Numbered from the stretch's first letter, positions 12,026 to 23,636 are shown. The stretch is DNA of 64,000 nucleotides from Ostrea edulis (GCF_947568905.1 NC_079168.1:66278001-66342000), one strand, 5' to 3'. The notes: generated by a model not told the origin, from the letters alone. Numbers and translations are program-made.

Positions 12026-12320
12026 ATAATAATAATGATTGGTTTTATATAGCGCTTTTTCCAGCTGCCCAAAGCGCTTTACAATACATTATTACCCCGG
12101 CAGACCTTAAATCAATCTAGAACTTCCTCAGCTTCCTGGGAAGCATACAATGCAAGCTGCCGTTAAGGCGCTAGAGCACTAACATTCACTTCGATGGAGT
12201 GAGGAAATTTATGTAAAGTGCCTTTCCCAAGAACATAACGTCGGCCCTGTCGCGGCCAGGACTCGAGCCCAAGACCTTTCGGTCGAGAGTCTGACAGCTT
12301 AACCACTAGGCCACCGACAC
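12026..12320 (-). mobile_element. tRNA-derived CORE-like SINE with L2-like tail
   Basis: Minus strand: A box tggcctagtgg, B box ggctcgagtcc, CORE-like gttcttgggaaaggcactttac...cctcactcca, tail tgtaaagcgctttg...gaaaagcgctatataaa..(ATT)n. Confidence 0.75.
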
Positions 12321-13814
12321 CACAGAAACAGTCACAAACTGTAGGTAGTGGGGATAGCATGCAGGTACAAATCTATAGAAGATATTCGAGGACAACTGCT
12401 ACCCGATATAGAGAATGATGAGGGTTAATTTGATGCACAAGTGGACAAGGAGAATGAGGGATCAGAAAGAGAGAGTGCCACAGAAAATACCAAAGCATTG
12501 GATGAGAAATTAAAGAAAATTGATGAAGTGTTTAGAATGGTGTCCGAGATATACCGGAATGGCCCGACTCGGGGATTGACGCCAATTCCCATAAGAGAGC
12601 AAACGCTCCCACTCAAAGTCAAGTCTCGAAGTTTGTCACGAAGTCCCCTTAGAAAGACACCGGTAACAAAACACGTGTAGCAGAGTTCACATCAGGAGAA
12701 AACCGCACAACGACAGGACAAACAACTGGCAAGACAATAAGTGGAGGAGAGCAAGATTTTTGTCTCAAGATCATCACCATAGGCCTGTACCAAAAAATGA
12801 AGTATGTAGTTAGAGTTATTCATAAATAGATTTAGTGGGTTAATTAGAGTGGTGGTTTGGGGGAGGACTTTTTAAAAATGTTGTAGATATTAAGCATACA
12901 TTATAGGAATATGTAAAAGTTATACGAGTTCTTACTATATTGTTTGAGCTGTTGTCACTATATATCATAGCACAGTCACTCTCATGTTTATGTACAGAGA
13001 TAGATATAGATATAGATCTGTTGAAATGAAACTAGTCATTGTTCTGTAGAACTTTCTTATGAATGGTAACCATACATTTTACTGATAGCACATAGGATCG
13101 ATAATTATCATTGATTACCATTGATTTCTGTTTAGGTGTGTCCAATGATGGTAAATAGCCTATATTTGTATAGGTAGCAGGATTTACAGGAATCTTGATT
13201 AATTTCTTTTTAAATCTGTGTCAAAAGTTTTTCCTAGTTTTCCTTGTGTAATAAAATCAGTAGAAAGTCGGGTTTATCAGTGACGACTGACCCCGCAATA
13301 CAGTGTAGGTGTAATTAAGGACGGTTATTCACCGAAGGTTCTGGTTGTAAGATATATCCTATTAATATATCTACATTCTAACCCTTGTATAGAACCTCAT
13401 TATTGAATTAAATGTTTTTGTTAACAGAGTTGCACGTGTATATTCTATTCTCTCGGGTGAGACTTTTGTTGTGTCAGTTAATGTTAGAGATTTTATTTGA
13501 CAGAATGTCCAGTTATTTGTATTGTCTGTGTTTTATTTTGAGTATCTGGTAGCATGTTTGATATCATAGTATTGAATCATTATTCCTTATTTATAAAAAT
13601 TACTCTCAGTTGTAATGACGCATATAAGTGATGTATGGATGTGATTAATTATTTTAAGCATTTTGTGTGAATGATGTGATGTCTATTGTTAATGTCTTAG
13701 TCATGAGTTAATGTGTTGTAGTGTTTCTTATGTTTTGTTAATATAATATTCGTAGTTAAATCGTAACGTTATACTCTTGAATGGTGTAAAGTTCATGAGG
13801 ACATGGACATTTTT

Positions 13815-13827
13815 AAAAGGAGGGCAG
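13815..13827 (+). other. Polypurine tract of the Gypsy element
   Basis: aaaaggagggcag immediately before TGTAATG, downstream of the integrase remnant on the same strand. Confidence 0.55.
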
Positions 13828-16071
13828 TGTAATGAATGCACCCCCTCTTTCTTTTTTAGTTCATGACAGTAATGTTATATGACGCAGTGTAACTTATTGT
13901 TTCATCCATAACAGTGATAGTTAAACCATACTGTTGTAGTTTTCTTAGTAATACATGTATTAAATAAAGGCACTACAGAGCCGTTACGGTTTTACGAATG
14001 CTTTATTTACACTATGTACATGTTAATAGTAAGACAAGCAAACTCAGAATGAATATTAGAGTGCTAAGGCATGGCATTATCAAATTACAAGTATAAATGA
14101 AATATCAGCATTTTCCCAGGCTAAAACTGCAAGGCCAGCAAACACGCGCGGTCCCCAACGGAAACACCTGTCAGATTCAATAAACAGTTTATATCATTAC
14201 ACATACTGAGTCAATGACTGTAATATTTCACTATTTTTTAATTTACTTGGAGCGGGTTGATTTTTCTATCGAATAGAGTCAATGTTGCAGTTTTAATACA
14301 TCCAGTGCTTATGATTAAATAGATTAGATGTTAAGAATTTGTTTTGAGTTACGATATGATGTAGAAGTCTAGAAAGCTAGTAGTAGAGTACAAGTATGTA
14401 TGTAAACAATGTCGAGGAAATTCGGACTGTGCACGAATACATGTTCACCTTTTATTACGTCTTGATTAATGATATTTTTTAGTTGTAGTCGTTGTATAAC
14501 CATTTTTAATCCAAGTATTAACGTGTTACCTGAGTGATACAGCCGGTGAAATTGTATGTTGATGTCTGTATGCAACCACATTTTTCCTGTCTGCTCGGTT
14601 CCGGTTTAGCACGCGACTGATGTGTAGTCGATAAGTTTACTGTTAAATATTGGTGATTTGGTGTCGGTAATAGTTGAATTAACATTGTGTATTGTTGAAA
14701 TAATTGAGTGAAAGTTGTTTATTGTTTAGCGCATTGAATGTTTTGACTGTAAACTTATTTTATTTCATGTTACGTATTATGAATTGAAAAGTGATATAGA
14801 TGATAAATTTATCGGTTATTGATAGTATTTCTTTATATCACCCGATAGATGAGTTCAAGCAAAAGCGATTTTTAAATAATGATCCTATCACGTGTCGTGA
14901 TTTAGTCACATGATCGATATTTCCCGCTGATCTTTTGATCGTTTGGTTATTGGTATAAATACCGAAGATTTTACGTCAGATACTTATTTTTGCCTTTGGT
15001 CTTATTGAGAGTAGTTTCTACGTTTGGTTGTTCCAAATTATTTTTTTTTTAAATTTATTTATTTTATCTTCAGAACTAGATTTTATTTACTTAAATGATC
15101 GGTATTACGACTGATGCGGTGATTTAATTGCAAGTTGTTATTTCCGTGAGTATTTATGAAGTTAGTAAATTTTTATTAATTTATTTTTATTATTAGTTTA
15201 TTAATTTTGAAATTGATTGAAATTTTCAGTATTTTTGATTGAGAAGTATTTTTGGATAAGTTAATTGTTAATTAATATATTTTTAGTAAATTTTTTGTTA
15301 TATTTTAATGATAATTTTCTTTTTGAAATTTATTCATAAATAAACTTAGGAATCAACCATATGTATGTATATCAAAATTACTTAGCTTAGTCCTCTTCGT
15401 GCTGGTCAGCACATACAAATGTAAGGCCGTCACCAGAGACTTCCATGTTGGTCTGTCTTTTGCCCATTTCTGGACCTGTCCCCAACTCCAGTTGTTATCT
15501 TTCTTTTCAAAGCAGTAAATAAACTGTGATATGCATGAGTGGTTTAGTCTTTATTTACATGTAGTACTTGAACTGTACGTTGACATGTTGGTGATTTAAT
15601 CTTAATAAATATTTAATTATGTGTGTGAAAGGTTAACCATAGTGAACAAGTGAGTAATTTAACTCAGTTCACAACATGGTCTTTAATCCTATTCACATTC
15701 AATAAAATGTTATTAGAACGGGATTATCAATTTAATCAGAGTTACTCCCCTTTACTCATCCCTCTTACTTTTGGGTCGTTTTAGGTTTAAGTTCTGGTGA
15801 TACTTTAATCATATTTTTAATTAATTAATTAGATGTATAGCCCAGTAGCCAAGTACTTAGTTACTAGCTTGAAAATATGGATGTATATTTAATTGCTGTC
15901 ATAAAATTTAGAAATTCATTTCAAAATTAAGGATTATCTCCCTCATGCATACATATGTAGGTATTACTGGTATCCTTAGATGAATTTGACTCCACTTTTT
16001 GGCACTCTGTTTTTCCCAAAAATAGCTCTAGCAAGTTTATCGTTATTTCGGATTTCAAACATTTCGGTTGA

Positions 16072-16115
16072 GCATCATTGAAGAGACATTATTTGTCGAA
16101 ATGCGCATCTGGTGC
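16072..16115 (+). ncRNA. Hammerhead ribozyme motif family A, C3-to-U core variant
   Basis: Identical to 3899-3942 except the core reads TTGAAGA (T at 16078). Confidence 0.7.
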
Positions 16116-16408
16116 ATCAAAATTGGTACCGTATAAATTTTACATTATGACCCCTGGGTCGAGGCCTCTGCTGGTGAACTGTTACTCCCTGAGGGTCTCT
16201 ACAGCCCAGTAGCTAAATGTTTCGTTACTAGCTTGAAAATACGGATGTATATTTAATTGCTGCGATAAAATTTAGAAATTCATTTCAAAATTAAGAATTA
16301 TCTCCCTCATGCATAGGTCTTATCCTTAGACGAATTTGACTCCACGTTTTTGGCACTCTGTTTTCCCCAAAAATTATCGTTATTTCGGATTTCAGACATT
16401 TCGGTTGA

Positions 16409-16452
16409 GCATCACTGAAGAGACATTATTTGTCGAAATGCGCATCTGGTGC
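16409..16452 (+). ncRNA. Hammerhead ribozyme motif family A, intact core
   Basis: GCATCA CTGAAGA GACA ttatt TGTC GAAA TGCGCA TC TGGTGC. Confidence 0.8.
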
Positions 16453-16984
16453 ATCAAAATTGGTACCGTATAACTTTTACATAGTTAATGTATGAATGAG
16501 TTGTGTGAGTGAAGATATAATTATAAATGTTCTGTATTTGAATAAACTTATTATAATCTTTGATTAATCTTGATTATTCATTGAAAAGAAATTGTGAATT
16601 TTAGAGTTCTGCAGAGGTCTGTCTTGTATTGGTGTTGTTAAATTTATATTGCGCATCATTTGAATATCTTACAATTACTGTAGCGCTACTGAGAGCTTAT
16701 TAGGTTAGCAATGAATTATAGCTACCCGTTAGCATTACACTTATCTTCACATTTACTATAAAATGCAAACATCTCCAGGTAGTGTAAAAATAATGACTGC
16801 CGGGGGTAGGTTGGGGGGGTCACAATAGAGGTCAAAGGTTTACATAATAATTTATAGGGAAACATCTTTAAAAATCTCCATCTACAGAACAGCATGTATA
16901 TGGTATATCTGAATTATATTATTGGAGACACACTTAACACTACGAGGATGACCAACGCTTACGTTATCCCACAGGAAAACATTC

Positions 16985-17270
16985 CACCACCACGTAAAAT
17001 GTCTGTTTGGCGTCCCATCAAGAATTTTTCACTCATATATTGAAACACCTCCAGCTGTAGGTGAAGTACCGTGAATCAAAAGCTATGCTCAGCTCTCAGG
17101 ACCGGAGCATTGGGGATTCTTCAACATGCTATTTGCTGGCACGACACGGGACCTCTATCTTTAACTGTTTAAGACAACAGCCGAAAGATCGGTGACTTTA
17201 AAAAGCCGAGTGTTTGGCGAAAGAGCAATCACTACTTTTGTCTTAGTAATAGGTTTGAAGCGACCATGGC
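16985..17270 (-). mobile_element. Degenerate tRNA-SINE related to families A/C
   Basis: Reverse-complement similarity to 23290-23621 and 23637-23884 (ttttcactcatat, ggcacgacacggg, tttggcgaaagagcaatcactac). Confidence 0.55.
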
Positions 17271-17773
17271 ACGAGCGGGGATTGAACTCACGACCTCCCA
17301 GTTACAAAACGTACGCTCTTACACTGTTTCAAAGAGTCAACTTCTGCGCTTTATTGCCACATGGTATTCGATGTGCATTCACTTATGATATAGTCCAAAG
17401 TTTAAGGAATCCTGGGCGAAATCAAAATATGTAGAGGTCCCCATCAATCGAATATTTCATTCTGATGCAAAAAAGCGGCGGGATTCACAGAATTAATTCT
17501 GAAATGTGTTTTATGGGTATCTTCTACATGTATAAGTGAAGTTTGTGTTATGACGGTCGGTGGAAATTTTTACTCGACCTTGAAAATTCATTGTATCGAC
17601 TAGGGACTTTCCTGTCCTAATCCTGTACATGTAAAATTAAGAAGAGTACTGTCTTTCTATTATCTTTTTAGTGCTCGATATAAATTAAGATTAAAAAAGT
17701 AACGAAAACGAACATATCATCAAATTCATAATCCTATAAATAACACAAAATCGACAACAGGATAAACACCGAC

Positions 17774-18176
17774 CAAGTGGAATAAAGTGGACCAGTCAAA
17801 CCCGCTGTGACCCTCTATCAAGACAAGTGGAATAAAGTGGACCAGTCACACCCACTGTGACCCTCTATCAAGACAAGTGGAATAAAGTGAACCAGCCAAA
17901 CCCGCTGTGACCCTCTATCAAGACAAGTGGAATAAAGTGGACCAGTCAAACCCGCTGTGACCCTCTATCAAGACAAGTAGAATAAAGTGGACCAATCAAA
18001 CCCGCTGTGACCCTCTATCAAGACAAGTGGAATAAAATGGACCAGTCAAACCCGCTGTGACCCTCTATCAAGACAAGTAGAATAAAGTGGACCAATCAAA
18101 CCCGCTGTGACCCTCTATCAAGACAAGTGGAATAAAATGGACCAGTCAAACCCGTTGTGACCCTCTATCAAGACAA
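17774..18176 (+). repeat. 50-bp minisatellite, 8 copies
   Basis: Unit caagtggaataaagtggaccagtcaaacccgctgtgaccctctatcaaga; aataaa recurs at 17781, 17831 ... 18131. Confidence 0.95.
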
Positions 18177-18738
18177 ATGCTATGATATATAAATACCCCA
18201 TTCATACTATAAATTAACACGAAGGTTGACTCTCTGTGCCAGTTTGGTTATGATATATTACATGCCAACATCGAATTAGAAAAATACCTTTGAAAACATG
18301 TCCGCCCATATCATGTCCACTATAAAAACCAAATTGAAATAATTCTAGATGCTTCCCTTTAATCGCTTCCCAAACCAAATATTAGTAATCATCATAATTC
18401 ATTATCGATATTTATGTCCTAGTATTTCAAAATGTTCAAACTGTCAACATAAAAAAAAAAACTCCATGTACCACTGATTGCCCTGCCGACTCAGATTGAA
18501 TTAATCTAACTCGTTTTACCTTTCTATGCAGTTTTCATCCGAAGAATAAGTCAACTAACATTTAGGGGAAATGTGAATTGAAACGAGAAAAGACTGTCAG
18601 AGACGTTATCAAGCGTAAAGTCCATTCACGGATATCTATTCATAGTTCCTACCTAGTGCAGATTTAAGAAAAATTAAAGTGTATTCGGGGTCAGTGAATC
18701 AATTCACTTCGGATTGTAAACAACTCGGCTTAGACGAA

Positions 18739-19989
18739 ATGAAGAAACCTACAGGACTTGAGAATTTGATGTGGAAGATTTTATGTTTATTCTTCATAAT
18801 TTATCCGAACTCGGCACAACCAAATGAAGCCTCGAGACGCTTATCTACGAATCTCATGAAAAATTATAACAAAATGATTCGAGGAGTAAAAGATATGGGA
18901 GAAATAACTACACTGAGAATCCATTTTAGTCTTATTCGAATAGCAGAATTTGACGAAGTGAATGGAAAGCTATCATTGGTTGGATTCTTTGGTATCTTTT
19001 GGAATGACTTCAGAATGGCGTGGGACCCAGAACAATATAATGATACATACACTATACTGTTTGAAGAAAAGGAAGTATGGAGACCGTTGATTGTTTTAGC
19101 TTCAACCCAAGAAGAGTTTAAAAGACTTGGACATGACGATAATTTCTTTGTAAGATTCAATCCGGAAGGCTACGCAGAATGGTATCCCGGGGACATTTGG
19201 GCGACAGCGTGTACACCGGATGTGTATGCATACCCGTACGACACCCAGACTTGTGTTGTAACCTATGCTATATGGGCCTATGCTGTTCATGAAGTTACTA
19301 TAAAGGTTTTATCTGATACAGTAAGTTTGTACGTTTACACCCCTCATGGTATGTGGGATCTGATTGATACCTCAGTAACATCAAATGTGGACGTAGGACG
19401 AGGACTGACGTCAATTGACATCACATTAGTGGTGAAAAGAATCTCCACATTCCACCTCATCAACATGATTCTTCCCATCGTTTTTGTCGGGTTACTTAAT
19501 ATCCTCGTGTTTCTTCTCCCTGCTCAGTCCGGTGAAAGAGTCGGTTATTCCATCACGGTTTTACTCGCCATTGCCGTGTTTCAAACAATAGCCTCCGATA
19601 ATCTTCCAAGCGTTTCTAAGCCCCAGCTTTCGTTGCTTTGTATCAAACTTTTAGTAGATCTGATTTTGAGTGCTTTAGTGACGATGTTAACGATTGTGAC
19701 GTTGTATTTTTATCACATGCCGGAATCTCGGAGAGTGCCGTCGTGCGTTGCATCTGTAACAAGTTTTGTGCTGTGCAAAAATTGTTGTAAGGACAAACCT
19801 AACGTCACTCTAGAAAAGCATGGTTTCAAGAATGGAATAGACGCGATAGAATCTGTTTCAGTGAATGACAACCATTCAGGTGACGTCACGTGGACAGATG
19901 TTGGTAAAAGTAGTGACATTGTGTTTGCTGTTTTTTCTCTGTTGACGTTTTTAGCTTCAAATCTTGTATTTGTATTGTATGTTGCATAA
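18739..19989 (+). CDS. Cys-loop nicotinic receptor-like subunit, non-alpha type (paralog 2, 416 aa)
   Basis: 12 amino-acid differences from paralog 1 by hand count; same Cys-loop, M1-M4 and missing loop C CC. First ATG at 18739. Confidence 0.95.
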   Translation: MKKPTGLENLMWKILCLFFIIYPNSAQPNEASRRLSTNLMKNYNKMIRGVKDMGEITTLRIHFSLIRIAEFDEVNGKLSLVGFFGIFWNDFRMAWDPEQYNDTYTILFEEKEVWRPLIVLASTQEEFKRLGHDDNFFVRFNPEGYAEWYPGDIWATACTPDVYAYPYDTQTCVVTYAIWAYAVHEVTIKVLSDTVSLYVYTPHGMWDLIDTSVTSNVDVGRGLTSIDITLVVKRISTFHLINMILPIVFVGLLNILVFLLPAQSGERVGYSITVLLAIAVFQTIASDNLPSVSKPQLSLLCIKLLVDLILSALVTMLTIVTLYFYHMPESRRVPSCVASVTSFVLCKNCCKDKPNVTLEKHGFKNGIDAIESVSVNDNHSGDVTWTDVGKSSDIVFAVFSLLTFLASNLVFVLYVA

Positions 19990-20299
19990 TAAATTGTTAA
20001 CATATCTTAATTTTGAAATTGAATCAATGAATAATTACAATTATGGAGCATTTATAGAAGTGCATATATTGTAATTACAAAATGATGGTGCATGTAGATA
20101 TTTTTTCTTGACTTTTGGACTTTTATCGGTATTTGATGGACCATGTTTTTAACTGAAAGTTGTGCATTGCATTTTGGGAAAATAGGAAACAATCACTATG
20201 CAGTGTGTCACGTATAAAACTGAAAAAGGCAGAAGTATATGTAGTTCACTAGCTCTTTAGAATATCTTCAATCCTAGACATCGTATATATCTATATATA

Positions 20300-21864
20300 C
20301 TACTCAAAATTTGATAAGGATCACTAGGTTAGATGTGTGTAATTTACCACTAACATAACAAAAGACATAAATTCGACTCAGAAACGTGTTTACTCAGGTT
20401 ATGAATAAAAATTCATGAACGACATGAACTTTTATCAATACAGAATGCTTGAAATCTGATAACAACACCAAAAAGGCATTTCATTACAAAAAGTTAACAG
20501 CAAACCAGAGAAAGAATTGCACAGTTTTTGGGAATAGTCCATCATTACACTTAGTCGATGAAGTGTCAATACCGGGTATGGCCTCCCCTTGCATCAATGA
20601 CGGCTTGACAACGTCGAGCCATGCTCTCAATAAGCACCCGGATGTTTCCAATGAGAAGGTTGTTCCACTCTTCCACGAGGGCGTTTCCGAGCTCTGCCAA
20701 AGTCGTGGGTTGTGCTCTACGGCGTGAAAGGGCAACCTGCAGCATGTTCTATACATGCTCAATCGGGTTCAAGTCCGGCGAGCGCACTGGCCAGTCCATA
20801 CGGACAATTGTCTCCTGCTGAATGTACTGCTCCACCACCATGGCGCGATGAAGACGGGCGTTATCATCCATCAGAATGAACTCAGGGCCAACAGCACCAG
20901 CGTAGGGTCTGACGTAAACATCGAGGATCTCATCCCGGTACCGCACCCCCGTCATTGTTCCTCTCTCCAGGACATGAAGATCTGTTCTTCCATCCCTGCT
21001 GATTCCACCCCAGACCATGATGGAACCACCACCATAACGGTCATGTTCACTGATGTTGGCATCATGGAAACGTTCACGTTGTCGTCGCCACACTCGGTGC
21101 CTCCTGTCTGTAAAGTCCAAACAATACCTGGACTCATCGGTGAACAGAACTTGAACCCAATCGTTCTGTGTCCAAGTGACATGATATTCAGCCCGGTACA
21201 ATCGCTCCCGACGGTGTCGAACAGTCAGAGGGACTCGAACACATGCCCTTCTCGAGTTGAGACCTGCATTGTGAAGCCGATTCCGTATCGTCTGAGTGGA
21301 CACATTCACCCCCGAGGCGTTCAGGAGGTCGTTACGTGGGCTGGTTGCTGTCCAGAAGGGATGGCGTCGTGCCTGAAGAGCCACCAAATGGTCTTGGCGT
21401 TGGGTTGTCGACCTCTGACGACCACCCCCATGTCGGTGTGCTGCTGTACCAAAAGTTTGCTGTCGGTTCCAGGCCCTGTTTACAATGCTCTGGCTGACGT
21501 TTAGTGCATTTGCAACGTCACGTTGTGAATAGCCAGCGTCAAGCATTCCAATACATCTGCCCAGTTGTTCTGTCGTCAGGCGACGCCTAACACGTTGAGG
21601 GGGGCATTGTGTTGATAAACGTAGTGTAAACACTCAAGTGAGTTTGAAATTTTAGAAAGAATCAGACACCGATGCCTGAGTGAAAATCGTGCAATGGAAG
21701 AAAAAGCATAAACTGTCATGAGAAACGCATTTCCCATGGCATGAAATGCACGTGCAAGTTTGTTGAAGACGTTTTTGATTTCACTTGGACACAATATTGC
21801 CAGTTATGCAGTTATTATTTTTTAAACATAAAAGTATCTATGATCCTTATCAAATTTTGATTAG
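20300..21864 (-). mobile_element. Tc1-family DD34E DNA transposon, full length (1565 bp), two lesions
   Basis: 24-bp TIRs CTACTCAAAATTTGATAAGGATCA (1 mismatch) flanked by TA. Transposase has HTH, FTDESR, MDDNAR and SPDLNPIE (D-34-E). Extra C after the ATG and a TAG (probable Trp codon) at 20749-20751; frame continues to TGA at 20566-20568. Confidence 0.95.
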
Positions 21865-22339
21865 TATATACACAGTATGTACTTTTTCCCCCGTAGGTAG
21901 AGCGTCATAAACTTATTTTGAACATGTTTGTAAACTACTTGACAAGTTTTCACCAATATTGGTGTGTAACGTTTAGAGATAGAATAGAACCATTTTGAAG
22001 TGTATGCTCAACCCCCTCTTCAGGTCGTAGAAGTGTGACCAAACTTAACGGCGTCAGAGGACGTGTTCATATCGTTCATCAGGAGCGTGAAGCGATTTGT
22101 GACACTTCTCCACATAAGTGAAACATTTTCAGATAAATTGAAGGAGAACATGGTTATGATGAGAATGGAAACTCCTTACCACCGAGTTAGGTGTTAGACC
22201 TTAGGAAGAGGGTATAGGGCATGTAGATTTTTTAAAAATCGTATATTAAAGATTATTTGCCCCTGAATGCGTTATATGCATACTAAGTGAGCAGTCACTA
22301 TGTCTCCCGCCTTCTGGTGGCCGATAATCAAAACTAAGC

Positions 22340-22790
22340 TCACTGATTTTGACAACGGATTACTCCGTTTACCTAATCTAGATATCGGGCTCACAGCGGG
22401 CATGACCAGTCGACAGGGGATGTTTATTCCTCCTAGGCACCTGATCCCACCTCTGGTATGTCCAGGGGCCCGTGTTTGCCCAACTCTTAATGTTGTATTA
22501 GGGACCGAGTGGTTAGAGCATCGCGTTCAAAATCACGCGGCCTCTCACCTCTGTCGGCGTGGGTTCAAATCCCGCTCGCGCCGGTAAGTGAGAAAGTTTC
22601 TCAGTTTACTTTCGGAAGGTCAGTGGTCTCTTCCCATGTACATTGTATCTGGGTTCTCTCTTCCACCAATAAAAACTGGGCGCCACCAGATAACTGAAAA
22701 ATTGTTGAGTGTGTCGGAAAACATCAATCAATCAATAATGTTGTATTCCTCATAGGAGTTATGAGACTACGTTATCTTCACCTTTACATA
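22340..22790 (+). mobile_element. Naiad-type PLE 3' fragment interrupted by a family B SINE
   Basis: PLE sequence to ...aatgttgtatt (~22500), SINE 22502-22737, then aatgttgtattcctcataggagttatgag resumes. Confidence 0.8.
22502..22737 (+). mobile_element. tRNA-SINE family B
   Basis: A box gaccgagtggttag, B box gggttcaaatccc, (CAAT)n tail; other copies at 26213-26443 and 42568-42803. Confidence 0.85.
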
Positions 22791-23289
22791 ATGTTCTATA
22801 CCTAATTATTGGATATGTAAGTATGACGGTGCTAAACCAAGTTTGAAGGTGGGTTTTACAAGAATAAAATAAACCTGACAGTGGTATAGAAGTTGAAATG
22901 AAGGAGATGGGAGAACTAAGATCACACAGTGCGTAATATTGATGATTTGGAAACTTCGTCCAGCGATACGTCCGCAATAATCTCTCCATTGTGAAATGAA
23001 AATGTTTAATTCAGCTATCAAACATTTCAAAAACCAATGCCATCAACACTTGTAAAGCAGTTTAATTCAACTAGAATAATAATTTGAGCTGGTAAAGATT
23101 ATGTCTTAAGTTTTGAAAATGCCTCTGGTAGACTAAATGTTCGATATAAATTACCCATAGCATAAATCCTTCATGTACTTTTCATTGGTTTGTTCTAAAT
23201 GTTATTTTCGAGAATATTTCATATTAAGACGTCACCATATGTAAGTGAAAGGTGAAAATAACGAACAGTGATCAATCTCATAACTCCTA

Positions 23290-23621
23290 ACCGCCGCGGT
23301 GGCCGAGAGGTTAGAGCGTTCGGAAGCGGAAGGCCGGGGTTCGAATCCCGGCCGCGACAGACCTAAGTCGTAAAAAACAGGTAGTGACAGTTCCATCGCC
23401 AAACGCTCGGCATCAGGTGTGAATGTCACGGGTCCTCAGAGATGACCTTAAAAACGGATGACCCGTGTCACAGTAGGTGTGGCACGTTAAAGAACCCTCA
23501 CCGCTCAATGGCTCGTAAGCGCCGAGCATAGGCCTAAATTTGAAATCCTCCACCGGTCTTGGTGACGTCTCCATATGAGTGAAAAAATCTCGATCGGGAC
23601 GTTAAGCAATCAATCAATCAT
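23290..23621 (+). mobile_element. tRNA-SINE family A (central domain Nin/Deu-like, tentative)
   Basis: A box tggccgagagg, B box ggttcgaatcc, central gtcacagtaggtgtggcacgttaaagaaccc, (AATC)n tail; near-identical copy at 41009-41354. Confidence 0.85.
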
Positions 23622-23636
23622 AATTCCTATAGTCCT

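Larger units (their letters stand above)
15839..16482 (+). mobile_element. Tandem ~1.9 copies of a hammerhead-bearing unit (retrozyme/PLE-like)
   Basis: 15839-16144 is repeated at ~16203-16482. Each copy ends in hammerhead family A; predicted cut sites after 16109 and 16446 are 337 nt apart. Confidence 0.8.
13828..16739 (+). mobile_element. Probable Gypsy 3' LTR, enlarged by insertions
   Basis: Starts TGTAATG after the PPT and ends with its reverse complement CATTACA at 16733-16739. TATA-like ggtataaata at ~14952 and aataaa at ~16542. No second LTR in the window to confirm. Confidence 0.5.
17615..20290 (+). repeat. Segmental duplication, copy 2 (includes receptor gene 2)
   Basis: Colinear with 1510-3825 apart from the 50-bp array. 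Confidence 0.9.

Noticed and set aside
17774-18176. CRISPR-like regular arrays (also 25770-26090 and 47971-48613)
   Set aside because: Head-to-tail units without unique spacers, no cas genes, eukaryotic context: minisatellites.
20755-21504. 249-aa plus-strand ORF
   Set aside because: Antisense shadow of the GC-rich Tc1 transposase; no domain features.
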